Notes: generated by a model from the sequence alone, not told the origin. A DNA stretch of 63,998 bases, filler included, from Reticulomyxa filosa (GCA_000512085.1; 21 parts of 21 records of this genome joined end to end with filler, not necessarily neighbours in it), one strand, 5' to 3'. Counted from the whole stretch's first letter, positions 38,902-50,965 are shown. Numbers and translations are program-made.

Positions 38902-41053
38902 TTTTTAAGAATGGTCCATTTTCTGACACTGCAAAATATGGACTGAAAAAAAGCTATCTGCATTTTTGAAATTCATTTTTCAATACGCAAAGATAAACAA
39001 AATGAAGTGGTGTGTGTTTGAACGGACTTCCTTTTGTGTTGAACCGAATTTTTTTATTCATTCGAAAAATCGCTATCTCTTCCCTCTTCAAAGGGAAATT
39101 CATTGCTTAGCATTTCTTACTTTTACTAATGCGAAAAAATTTTCACTGTTCTTGCACAAGTAAAAATGGAAAAGTGTTCACAATGTTTTCTTTTGCCAAT
39201 TTGGTAAGATACTCTTGCCGTTGGTCCAACAGTTAGTCAACTTTCAAGATGACGACCCGATTAATACATTAGTTATAACATTGCATCATCACTCCTTCGT
39301 ATTCGACAATTCGTAATTGTATTGGTGTTTTGAAAAAAAATTAGTAATAATATTTATTTAAGTAAATAATAGATAAATATCACTAAAAATATCAATGATT
39401 ATTATATATGTCAAGATATCTACAAAATCAAATAATCTAAAATAGATTAAGAAAAAATTATTAATGAATGTTTAATACTTGTAGTACTAATAATTATCAC
39501 AAATCCAAGTGAACATCAGAATTTCATTTATTTTGGTTTAAACTTGTTTTACTTTTCAGTCTTTTGTTTTTCTTACTTTTGCTTGTTTGTTTTAGATCAT
39601 TATTTTATCGTTATTTAACAAGTTTCGTTTTTGTTGAAAGTTTGCTCATGAGAGCTAATCGGCATTTCGTATTATACTTTGTGTAGTTCTTTTCAGCAGC
39701 AGATATTCCACAAATGATAAAACAAAAATCAACAAATAAATTAACGGATAAACTAGTCAAATTATGAAACAGCAAAGCTAATAAATTAATATCAAATATT
39801 TTGATTACTAATTTATAATTGTCTTAGATCAGTTGATCGTAAAATTTATTTTCAAATTTCTTTTAATATTATGCAATGTATCTTATTAGTACGATTTAAG
39901 AGCTTGTAGGAGAAGCTCCTACAAAGTAAAAGGGGCTGATGAGCACCCGGTGGGTTAAATTTTCCACACTCTTCACAACAACCTTTCTTGTGTTTTTTCT
40001 TTTACTCTTTCGTGATTGTTTTTGCCATTTCTTCTTTCTTTCTTTAAATTACTTTGAGTTGTTGAAAATCTGCTCGAAAGAGTTTATCACTTTTCGTATT
40101 ACATTTAGTGCAGTCTCCTTCCGCAGCAACAGCTCTTACAAGCTTGATCTGTAATTTTGCGTTTGTTTGTGCTGCTTCTTTTAAAAAATAATTGAAAAAC
40201 TTGAAATTTTTGTGTAATTAATCAATGAAAATATGCGTCACAACACATATGTCGCTATCAAATGGTTATCGTAACTATAACACATACAAATCAGAAATTT
40301 GACTGGAGAAATAAAATGTCTATTACAATTTTTTTACTTAGTAATGCACATGTGACACATAAGTTTTTACTATCATTATACTTCTTGAATGTGTGAATTT
40401 GACTTGAAAAAACTTAATTTGTGCACTTTAAATACTACAAAAATTAGATTAAATGGATAGCAGTAGTATAATTGACAAGCACCTGACGTCTACCTAAAAA
40501 AGCATATGTACAGTATAAAAAATTGAGATACCTTTGGCAATACTATCCGCTTTCTGGAAATTTATCTGAAAAAGGGCGGTACAAATACTTTGTGGAAGAT
40601 TTACTGTGATATACAACTCATAATAAAGACGAGTATCCCTTTGTCTTTGGACACTAAGATCTGTACATGAATGAAGATTTTCAACAGCGAATATTGAAAT
40701 TGAAGCTTGACAATTTATCATCGCAAAAATTTTGATACACATCAAAAAAGACAAAAAAAGTTTTTTGAACACAAAGAATATTCCTGACCATAATCCACCG
40801 AGTATGAATTTAACAATGTGCTATTTTTGCTTGTCACTTTCTCTTTTTTTTTTTTTTGTAGAAAGATTTGCTTGATAAAATTCCAGGTGGTTTTATGGTC
40901 GCTTTTGGTTATCCGCTTTATTTTTTTTCTCCCCTCCTCTCCCCTTTTTTTTTTTTTGGTTTTGATAAATATGTTACACTAGTAAAGGCCCCTTCTTTTG
41001 TTTGATGTTCTCTTTTTTTTTACAGTTTGATCTAAAGTGAAGGCCAATGTGGT

Positions 41054-41735
41054 TTATTTGTCAGTGATGGCTTTGACTTCTTTGGTTTCAAGCAACGAAT
41101 AGTACTCATCCGTTTTCAAGAAGCGAGTGAAACTGTCGCGAATGAGCCCCCAAATTTCTTTGCGAGCTTCATCGAATATAGTGACAAGTTGTTGGGGTTG
41201 GAACTTTTTCATAAGAATTTTGGTCCCTTTGAGTTGTAAAGCAGTGAGCCACAGTCACGTATACACACACATATACATATATATGTATGTGTATAACATA
41301 CATTACACTTTTTATTTTGTTCCAATGTATTGAATTTTCTTTGTTATCATGCAAAAAAAAAAAAAAAAAATACAAACCATCTTTTGTACGTGAAATAACA
41401 TCACCATCTTCGTCACGAGTTTCATATCTTCCTTTGTTAAAACTAAACGTATCAAGCAACTGTTTGCGCACTTTGAAAGAGATATTGATGCAGAACTCGG
41501 CATTGTCCACCACATACTTTTCAAACAGCATTACAGCTTGTTTGTACTCGTCGCAAATGTCATGTCGAACAATCTGCGATTTCGGGGCGCTCTCTGCGAA
41601 TTGGATCGTGAGCAGTTTCACCGTCTTGCCTTCGCTGTTTAAGAATTGGAACGTTTTCCCCGTCGAGTTCAGGTTTTGCAACAGCTCGTTTTGGAACTGT
41701 TCCGACTCTATTAAAAACAGCATATTTTCTGCGCT
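41054..41735 (-). CDS. RGS (regulator of G-protein signalling) domain protein, 3' part
   Basis: SAENMLFL..., AVMLFEKYVVDNAEFCINISFKVRKQL, and after an intron IFDEARKEIWGLIRDSFTRFLKTDEYYSLL; stop at 41054. Confidence 0.88.
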
Positions 41736-41810
41736 GCGAACAAAATAAAACACAAACAAACAAACAAGTTACATATTATCATAACCTCAAAAAAAAAAAA
41801 AAAAAAGGGG

Positions 41811-41842
<32 letters not shown>

Positions 41843-41843
41843 G

Positions 41844-42253
41844 GAAATGACAATAACGAAGATGTGTTGTTCCCATTGCCAATAAAAATGGGTGCAGGAC
41901 ACGACGAGCAGGGCAACCCCCACGCAACATCGGGCGATGTACATGGACATTATGCGAATGGCCATCTGTTGCTGATGGGCAACGACAATAGGACCGGCCA
42001 TAGCATGCATGGCGTCGGTGACATGGGAGACGATGTGATGATGGCCATGATGGGTCCTTCCACTCATCCCGCCCCTGCCGAAGAGGAAATTGAAGAGGGC
42101 GATGTTCTCATGCCGTTACAAGTGGAATCTACCACTGCTGACGAATCCTCACATTTACAACCGCAACCTCCACAAGCACAAGCACAATTGCAATCGAAAT
42201 CGCAAATACAAACACAAACACAATTGCATTCACAACCACCACCACCACCACCA
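41844..42253 (+). CDS. Internal exon of a low-complexity (H/M/G/Q/P-rich) protein
   Basis: GC-richer open frame running into the spacer, preceded by an A-run ending in AG; no recognisable domain. Confidence 0.5.
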
Positions 42254-42399
42254 NNNNNNNNNNNNNNNNNNNNNNNNNNNNNNNNNNNNNNNNNNNNTTA
42301 ATTAATTAANNNNNNNNNNNNNNNNNNNNNNNNNNNNNNNNNNNNNNNNNNNNAATGACAAAGACTCAGTTTGAATCCGTTGATTCAAATTTTGTGATG

Positions 42400-42815
42400 T
42401 TGCATCAACAGCGTGATATCCAATCCAGCGGGGCTAATGCTTCGTCAAGACTCTTTGGGTACCACCACTAGTGTACACAACGCAAATCCGCCGAACAATC
42501 ACAACAAAGTCTTAGCAGACAATTTCAATGGCAATCGGTCAATTCCTTGGACAAGCCGAAATCGGTCAAACACGCATAACTAAATTGATCCAGTAAAATA
42601 TTTTTTGGTTTTAAGTCTGTAGATAATGTCAAGTATTGTAAATGTCCCAAAGACATACCAATCTCGGAGACTAAGAGCTGGTCTTGTTCCAAAGCGAATC
42701 GTTTCATAGTCTTCAAATGGAAGAAGAGGTCCCCACATCTGTAGTAGGCCAAAACAAAGTACAACTTCGACTCTGTTTGAAAGGACATGATTTGAGCACA
42801 TGATAACATTATCAT
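42400..42815 (-). pseudogene. AGC-group (Akt/SGK/S6K-like) kinase pseudogene
   Basis: SFQTESKLYFVL..GDLFFHLK..., a damaged catalytic loop (YLTLSTDLKPKNILLD instead of IIYRDLKPENILLD), then LTDFGLSKEL and an in-frame stop before the activation segment. Confidence 0.8.
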
Positions 42816-43514
42816 TCTCCGTGATGAATAGTTTTTTTTTCAAATTAAGAAAAAGAGAAAAATAAAAATAGAATCATACTAAAAAAAAAACAAACAAAAG
42901 CAAAAATTTATTTAATGCGTTCAAATAAAGCATTATATGTAAATTACTGATTTGTTATAAAGCTTTGATCTTTATCTATTTATGTATCAGTCATTACCAA
43001 TTGAAATAACTTTTCAAAAGTGCTTTTTGGAACGCTTTTATATTTCTGTGTCGACTCAACTAGCTGAATAAAATAGAATATATAACAATTTTGAAAAAAA
43101 TAAATTCAAATATCATAATAATATCTATCAGAAGATGTAATACAATCATTTAATTTAGAAAAAAAGAATTTGTCAAAGTGAACATTTTTTTTTCATTCAT
43201 GGGAGTTCCAACATCATTATCATCATTATCATCATTATAACATGTATAGGATTTTTGTGTTGAAGTTCTTAAGTCAATATCTATTTGTTATATCATGGTG
43301 CTTAACATTAGTTGATGGATTTACGACAAAAGGAATTTTTTGTTTTAGACATGTTTTTCTTCAAGTTCAAGTAAGTTAAGAAATTTTTTGTTAAATGTAC
43401 TTTTTCATTTTTTTNNNNNNNNNNNNNNNNNNNNNNNNNNNNNNNNNNNNNNNNNNNNTTAATTAATTAANNNNNNNNNNNNNNNNNNNNNNNNNNNNNN
43501 NNNNNNNNNNNNNN

Positions 43515-45153
43515 TCGTTGATGATACGTTCACAGAGTTTGTTGAATGTACCATAATGAATGCGATCCACAACACCAAATGCATTAAACAGTGACTCAAA
43601 ACTTTTAAAATCTCTGCAACTCAAATATTCACTGTATGATGCACAACTTACATCAAATCCCAATAATGCCAATACACAAGATGCAACTGCAAGGGTTACA
43701 GATTTACCTTCTCCAGTTCCGATTTGAACTAAATTACTGACTAATCCAGGCTTGCTTCCTAGCAAATTACTAATAAATTGTGGCTTGTTTTCATCAATTT
43801 TTTTTTGCAAACTGTGGAGAATTCTTTTATTTTCATCAATTCCCAACATGTAAAAGATTGCAATTATTTGTGCTGCATGTGGTTGCAACAGATATAAATC
43901 TGGACCCTGCACTCCTTTTGCATCAAAAAAGAAATGTGCATTTTGCAATGTCCACACTGCAAAAATATAAGCCATTAACTCAGGCACTTTATTGCGAGTG
44001 TTGGCATCCCATTTGACGTTATCAGGTTTTTGTTCAATCTTGCTTATGGACATTTTGGCATTATTTATCAACAAGGTAATATTTAGTCCACATTCTTGTA
44101 AATTCTCTTTTGTCAACTGTCTGTAAAGATCATTAAATTTCTTGAATTTTTCCTTTAAGTCTTCGGTGTCTATTTGATCATCTTTGGTTCTAATTTCTTC
44201 CAACACGTAGTCAATCCCATGTGACATTGTCTTCGAATTGAATAGAGCCACATTATATCCTTTAAATGCATTGTGTTCAGCAACAATCATTTCACCAATT
44301 CCACTTGGGTCTTTTTCCAACTTCAGTGCGAGCATAGCAATACCAGTACCATCTTTGCGTTGCCTTTTATAGGTATTCAAGAATTCGTCGATGCGTTTGT
44401 TTACCACTTCTTTGAAGCTGAACATATAGAGAGACATTGTTTTCATGGATAATAACCGTGGTATCACATTCTCTACATTTAAATTGGCCATGGCATCACT
44501 TTCAAGCTTTTGCGTCCGATTTTTCACGATATTATCAATGGAATCGATGTGCAATTTCACGACACTGGAAAGGATTTCGTTGTTTTGCATTGATACAAAA
44601 CAACTGAAATACAGATTGATCTGACTACAATCATCCGAACTCCATACCGTGATTTCACTTATTCGTTTCATAAGGCTCTCCACTTCTTTTTCCAATTTGG
44701 CTTCGCAACTAGATAATTTTTGGGGATTGGTAAGATGACTTTTCCATTGTGATACCCGTTTAATAAAGTCAAGTTTTTCTTTAAGCTGACTAAAAAATCG
44801 AGCTCGTTCCATGTCGTTGCTTTTTGTCTTTCCATTGACAAGTCCTTCATTGATTATGTCATCCGTCATCTTTTCCAAGTTCACATTAAGATCATGTGCT
44901 ATTTCAGAATACGACCAGAGCTTGCGAGTTGAAGAATCTTCAGGGATGTCACATTCTACTTTTTTCTTCATGAGCATTAGCACTTTTTGCAAAAATGGAC
45001 CCTCATTGCCGACTATTTTCAGCTTGTCCAATACTACATGTAATTCCTCAGCGTTCTTCGCATCCATGCTCTTTTTATATCGTTCCTGAAAAGAATTAAA
45101 ATAATCCAAAGTTTTATTTTGCAGTTCTTTAATCTTTTCATTCATATTAGATG
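43515..45153 (-). CDS. Eukaryotic SecA-like DEAD-domain ATPase with a long helical N-terminal region; partial at both ends
   Basis: LLQPHAAQIIAIF, Walker A QIGTGEGKS, SYSEYLSCRDF and IHYGTFNKL parallel SecA motifs (EMxTGEGKT, NxYLAxRD, IxYGT). One uninterrupted frame fills the contig. Confidence 0.82.
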
Positions 45154-45602
45154 NNNNNNNNNNNNNNNNNNNNNNNNNNNNNNNNNNNNNNNNNNNNTTA
45201 ATTAATTAANNNNNNNNNNNNNNNNNNNNNNNNNNNNNNNNNNNNNNNNNNNNCAACAATTGCTAACAATAGATGATGAACATAATGTGATATCAATGCT
45301 TCATGAATGTACTGTCAAATGGCATTGCATTTAAAATATGTAGTCCATTGGATACAATGAAATCAAGAATACATTCACCCATTCCAATCTCCCCAATGAT
45401 AATGTATCCAGTAATTTTCTGAGCATATTGCAGATTTTGATATAATCAATGAAAAAAAAATATATATCACCATTAATCATCCCCAGCAGGGAGCGAAAGG
45501 GAATAGTAAGAATGCAAAAATACATATCCTTATTGCGACCGGTATCTCATTAAGATATGCGGAAAGCACTCGCACCAGTAACGTGCGAGGAGCCGAGCAA
45601 GA

Positions 45603-45772
45603 AGAGACCAATGAGGCCCGAAAACCCTGGAGACTAAAAGAAAGCCCCGAAAAACCAAAGAAAAGGCCCCGAAGGTCGAAACTAAAGAAAAATCACCGAA
45701 GACCAGAAAACCAAAGAAAAAGATAACAGAATGTCTGGAAACTAAAGAAAGGCCACCGAAGGCCAGGAAATC
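45603..45772. repeat. Degenerate tandem array of about six ~21-31-nt units
   Basis: Consensus approximately CYAAAGAAA(A)GGCC(A)CCGAAGGCCAGGAAA. Confidence 0.8.
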
Positions 45773-46199
45773 AACTAGTTGAAATGCTTCAATAATTTTT
45801 ATGTTTTGTTTTTTATAATAGTTTTATTCAATTTTGTAAGTGGGGAGTTTATCTATTTTAATTTGATTGAGATGTCACTACTTGCTAAAATCTCGTAGAG
45901 TCTGAGCGTGGTCCCAAAGGGACCCTTGGATTTTCTCTGAGCTGCACAGAGGTGGGGCAGTCAACTGTGTGATAATCACAAAAGTTTTGAGGGTTAAATT
46001 GAAATCTTTTTGAAATGATAAAATGATGCATTTTCTAAACAAATTTTAAAATAAAATTATTGCTTAAATGTTGAAGTTTGATACTTTTTGTAACGTATTG
46101 TATTATTAGTGCTTGTTTTTTACAATATTTTCCTTTTATCAATTCAACAAAAAAAAATATAATGTCCTTCTTCTTTTATTGGTCCTTTTCTTTGATTTT

Positions 46200-46640
46200 C
46201 GAGGACCATTATTGCTTTCATTGCCATTTGATCTTTGACTTTTAGCAGCATCAGTATAAGATTAATTCTTTACTTGCTGCACATTTGATTTGATAGGAAC
46301 GGTTTGAGATGCTTTGTGAATCATTTTATATTGGATCGTGATTTGCCAATCCACAATATTTACATACTTTGAGTCACGAGCAATGTGGTTCAATATGTAG
46401 CAGTTTCTGCTTCACCATTAAATATCCAATCTGAACGTCATTGTCTTTCAATATCTTAACTTTGACATCGGCATTTTATGGGATCGTTTCACTATTGTAT
46501 TTATATCCATAATCCTCCAATGTTTCTTTAATTTCATTTTCACTTTCGTGAATTGATACACCTCGAGGCAGGACATATCTATTAATTTCGGGATTTATCA
46601 CTGCTTCTTCTCGTTTTTTCTTTTATTCAGCAAATGATAA
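46200..46640 (-). mobile_element. Decayed gag-like ORF1 of a non-LTR retrotransposon
   Basis: Minus strand reads VLPRGVSIHESENEIKETLEDYGYK, then zinc-knuckle remnants RNCYILNHIARD and KVCKYCGLANH, then SYTDAAK; frameshifted. Confidence 0.7.
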
Positions 46641-46887
46641 ATATCACATCTTGGCTGCTTTGTAATTTTTTGATTATCGTTACTCATTAACATCAACTGC
46701 AAAATGAACAAATAATGTCCTGAAATTTCCAGAAAATATATGTGCCAATACTTTTCTGGACCATTTCCAATATCACCATGAATACTACATCAAATAGTGT
46801 CAGACGCGGTAAGTTTAAAAGCACTTCTACATCTCACAGTCACACACTAGATGCTGAACCGACGACGAAACCCGGTAACAACTACTA

Positions 46888-47026
46888 CAGTAGAATGCAA
46901 AGTAAAGTTGACACCTAAAACGGCACCTTATAGAGATGATTGATTTTCTTCATGAAAAAACAACATTCAGATCTAATTTTTTTTTTTAAAATATCTACAA
47001 GTCGTGTACTTTTAAATATCATTTTG
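46888..47026 (+). mobile_element. TIR of another copy of the Tc1 family (cut by the contig end)
   Basis: TA|CAGTAGAATGCAAAGTAAAGTTGACACCTAAAACGG...TAAATATCATTTTG closely matches 2979-3108. Confidence 0.9.
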
Positions 47027-47126
47027 NNNNNNNNNNNNNNNNNNNNNNNNNNNNNNNNNNNNNNNNNNNNTTAATTAATTAANNNNNNNNNNNNNNNNNN
47101 NNNNNNNNNNNNNNNNNNNNNNNNNN

Positions 47127-47215
47127 AATTTGTCAAAATCTTGGATCCATCCTAATTGAGTGTTTAATATCCGAATCCAATGATGAATAATAATTTGGAT
47201 CTCTTCTTCTTTTGA
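47127..47215 (-). CDS. Exon encoding the propeller-associated helical module (gene truncated)
   Basis: A frame not shown in the ORF track reads KEEEIQIIIHHWIRILNTQLGWIQDFDK, similar to exon 2 of the WD40 gene. Confidence 0.65.
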
Positions 47216-48368
47216 CTATTTTAATCATAAAGCAAAATGGGAAACAATAATAAAAAAAAAACAACTTAAACGAAACTTTCATTACTAAGCTAAAGTATCT
47301 TTTTTTTCCTTGAGATGATCTTTGATGATGCAAAGATGAAAAAGATGCTTTTCAACTTTTTTTTTAGCTCACTAATGGTCAATAAAAAATTGAAAAATTT
47401 TGTAATGAGAAAGTATTTACAAGCAAAACTTTGTGTCTTATTGAACTTATAATGACATCTATTATTTTTACATGCACACAAATGTTATTTTTTTTCCTAT
47501 TGGAAAGAAATCTTCTTTTGTCATTGCAAACAATTAACAAATCTCTAAATACGTTCAAGAAAAAGGCAGTAATGATTTTGTCGTAATTTAGTGAATAATA
47601 AAAGAAAAAAAAATGGATAATTTTCCAATCTCAAAAGTATAAAATGTCAACATTTTAATGCACTTTATCCTTGTCTCAATAATTTCCAAAAACACAACAG
47701 GGAGAAACAAAAATTCAGCGCAATTAGGAACGTTTTTTCTTTAAAATGTAACTCAGTAAAGAAACTAATTTTTGATTTGTTTGTATTTACAACAAGCATT
47801 CAAGGTATATTGCAAAGCTTTTTATAAAATTCAACTATGGTTTTTTTTCTCCTAAAAAAAAGTTCTACATGACTGTTTTTAGGTTTAACATGTTATATAT
47901 TAACTTCATTGTTAAACTCTAAGATAAAATGATAAATGTATTACGTAATGAACATATAACATAATTTCATTTTCACAAACAAGCAGATTATCAAATCTCT
48001 TAAATGAATTGTGCAAAGATCAATTTGCATAAAGATTTTTTAAAAATTTCAATTTGCTGTCGTATATATATTCATTGTTTTTTGTATATCTCATTTGTTT
48101 ATTTTTAACATGTATTTGAGTGTTAAACTATTCTCCATTTAATTATTCGTTGATTGAAAACAAAGTTTTTTAAAAAATAATAATTTGATTGATATTACGT
48201 ATTTTGAAGACTTTTTTAAATTTGTAAGTCAATTTCCGTTTTTGAAATAAAAAAATTCAAAAGATGAAAAAAGAAATTTCATGATTATGAAATAAAATCA
48301 AAACCATATTTAAAAGCAGCATGGTTAACAAATATTTTAATTGCTTCCTTAAAATTAATTTCATTTAC

Positions 48369-48624
48369 TATATTTTATAATAATTTTGTCAAAATCATCA
48401 ATTCATCCAAATTTTATCTTTAAAGATTGAACCCAATGTTGATAGTCTATCATTTTAGTAGTTGGTAAAGTATCATGTTTAATAAATTGAAATGTATTTA
48501 AATCAAACACGCTAATAGTATGTGAAGGATAAAGTAATACATAACAAATGATTATTGCTTTTATCAATCACTGCACGCAATCCTATATAATTATAATAAT
48601 TCCTTTTAATGAGAATTGGATTAT
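48369..48624 (-). pseudogene. Internally deleted kelch-like propeller pseudogene with the helical module at its 3' end
   Basis: YIGLRAVIDKSNNHLLCIT / HTISVFDLNTFQFIKHDTLPT followed directly by QHWVQSLKIKFG*IDDFDKIIIKY; includes a frameshift and a stop. Confidence 0.6.
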
Positions 48625-48724
48625 NNNNNNNNNNNNNNNNNNNNNNNNNNNNNNNNNNNNNNNNNNNNTTAATTAATTAANNNNNNNNNNNNNNNNNNNN
48701 NNNNNNNNNNNNNNNNNNNNNNNN

Positions 48725-50110
48725 AAAAGGATTTGCAAAAAATGAAAGCGATGGGAACCAGCATACCAAAATGGAACTCAAAATTTAAGTCTTGTTCTTT
48801 GTTATTCTTGATCAGGCTTTTTCCAAATATACGATGATACTACCTATTTTTATGTTTTGTGCAAGGTGCCCCTGCTCTTTACTCCCCTACCGCTTATTAT
48901 GTGATTCGTCCCTGTCCCCAAAAAAAAAAAGGAAAGAAATAACATAATTTGATAAAAGTCCACGCAATCTGCCATCCTCCCGGAATATTAACTAAATTAC
49001 CATTAGTACGGCTCCTGATATCCAAATAAATAAAATAAAATCAATGTCATCCAACCTCTTCCACTCAATTCAATCTATCTAGGCGCATTTCAGTCCAATC
49101 CATCTCAATTCAGTCCATTACATTCTAATCACTTCACCTCTTCTCAATCCAATTCAATTTAGTTTGATGCATGCCAACTCGATCCAATTTAGTTCAATTC
49201 ACGCCGGCTCTATTCAATATATAACAATGCAATTCGTCTAAATACATTTCAATTTAATTTAATTTAATTTAATTCAATACAATTTAATTCATTCCAGTTC
49301 GATTCAGTTTGATTTAATTTGATTCTTCCAGTTCAATTCGATTCTATTTGATACAATACGGTTTGGTTCAACTTGTTCTACCTAATTCAATGGACAACAA
49401 CAAACTTTTTTGATAAAGGTACAAACAAAAACAAATATGTGTTGTATATGTATATGTGAGTACATTATTTTTTTTCCAATATGAAAACAAATGTACATAC
49501 CAAGTCAAATATATGTACATATATATGTGTATGTACATGTTGTATAGTTATGTCCTGTGAATTCAAATAAAATGAAAAAAAAAAGAAATCCATTCAAAAG
49601 TACCTGACATAATTTCATAGAATCACAGGGTCTCAATATTAACTACATTTGATACTAATGTTAACAGCAACCAAGAAAACCAATTACAAAATCGATTGCG
49701 CTTTATATGACGAAATCCTTCGTTAGCGCCCACCCAAATGAAAAAAATGATTTATTGAAAATATTGGTATCCATCATTATACTCTCCACATAAACACTCA
49801 ATCCAATGTATGAATATCAATATTGGTATCGCTGATCGTGTTCTAGAATAATGCACAATATCTTATCTTTCACATGTTTATCAATTACAGCATTTTTTTA
49901 TTCATTAATTAATTTACATACTTATTCTATTCGTCTATTGCACTTTTGCATATGCGTATCCTATTGCTACGTAATTACAGTATTAACACAGCCAGAAAAC
50001 GACAAGACACACAAGATAGATCAAACAAGACCATTAAGAATAACATACTAGTACCAACTTTCCTTGCGTGTTTTTGTCATTGCAACGTCCTCGCCCGAGT
50101 CTATTAAAAA
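48725..50110 (-). pseudogene. Possible decayed 7TM receptor gene
   Basis: Stop-interrupted hydrophobic segments, intron-like microsatellite tracts, and LSSILVCWFPSLSFF (CWxP-like TM6 motif) near 48740-48782. Confidence 0.3.
49060..49390. repeat. Degenerate 5-bp-period satellite (AATTC/AATTT/GATTC)
   Basis: Persistent pentamer phase, e.g. aatttaatttaatttaatttaattcaatacaatttaattc. Confidence 0.85.
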
Positions 50111-50353
50111 AAAAATCTTATTCAAACGCAAACATATCTTTTCACATTAATTTTTTGGATTTGGAAAGGGAGTTTGTTTTTTTTTTTTTTTTACTTGCAT
50201 TGGCCTCAATTTTCGTTTGAATTTGTGTTTGGCCTGTATCATTCGTTTCTTTTNNNNNNNNNNNNNNNNNNNNNNNNNNNNNNNNNNNNNNNNNNNNTTA
50301 ATTAATTAANNNNNNNNNNNNNNNNNNNNNNNNNNNNNNNNNNNNNNNNNNNN

Positions 50354-50965
50354 ATTGGAATTGGAATTAATCATGGGATTGATATTTCAAATTCCAGCCT
50401 ATCGAATTCCCAAGATTATGACAAAGCAGCAGAACAAGATGGAAAGAAACACAGCGAAAAGGAAAGCACCAGATAATAGATTAATCAAAGCATTATCACT
50501 CAACTTTACAAGTTGTGTCAAATTCAAATTCGCAACACATCGACGAAAAGAAAGCTGATGAGATTACATTCGAGAACATGTAGAAAAAGAATATGAAAGT
50601 TCGACGATAATTTCTTTGCTCCAACGTTCCAACGACAGTCATAACTCCAATTAAATCCAAAGAACTTCGATCAGCAACATCAGTAATTAAGTTCCTTGGA
50701 TTAAAGAACAAAAATGTTGATGTCAGCGAACAATAATTTGCTAATAGCTTCAATGACGCAAAAAATGGACAAATCGAACAAAAAGAAAAACAAGATGGTA
50801 AACATGAAGTGATTCGCAAGGTAAGAGAAAAATTTGGGATAAATTAACGTATTCCTGAAGAAAAAGCATCTCAAACCGTTCATATTAAATCAAATGTGCA
50901 GCAACAAGCCAAAAATTACTCTTATACTGATGCTGCCAAAAGACAAAGATCAAATGGAAATTAAA
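50354..50965 (+). mobile_element. Second decayed copy of the non-LTR ORF1 family
   Basis: 50864-50960 (aagcatctcaaaccgttc..aaatcaaatgtgcagcaa..tcttatactgatgctgccaaaagacaaagatcaaatgg) closely matches the reverse complement of ~46222-46316. The 5' extent is inferred. Confidence 0.65.

Noticed and set aside
43515-45153. Canonical bacterial secA from a contaminant
   Set aside because: The long N-terminal extension and divergent motifs (GEGKS, SEYLSCRD) do not fit canonical SecA, though contamination cannot be fully excluded without coverage data.
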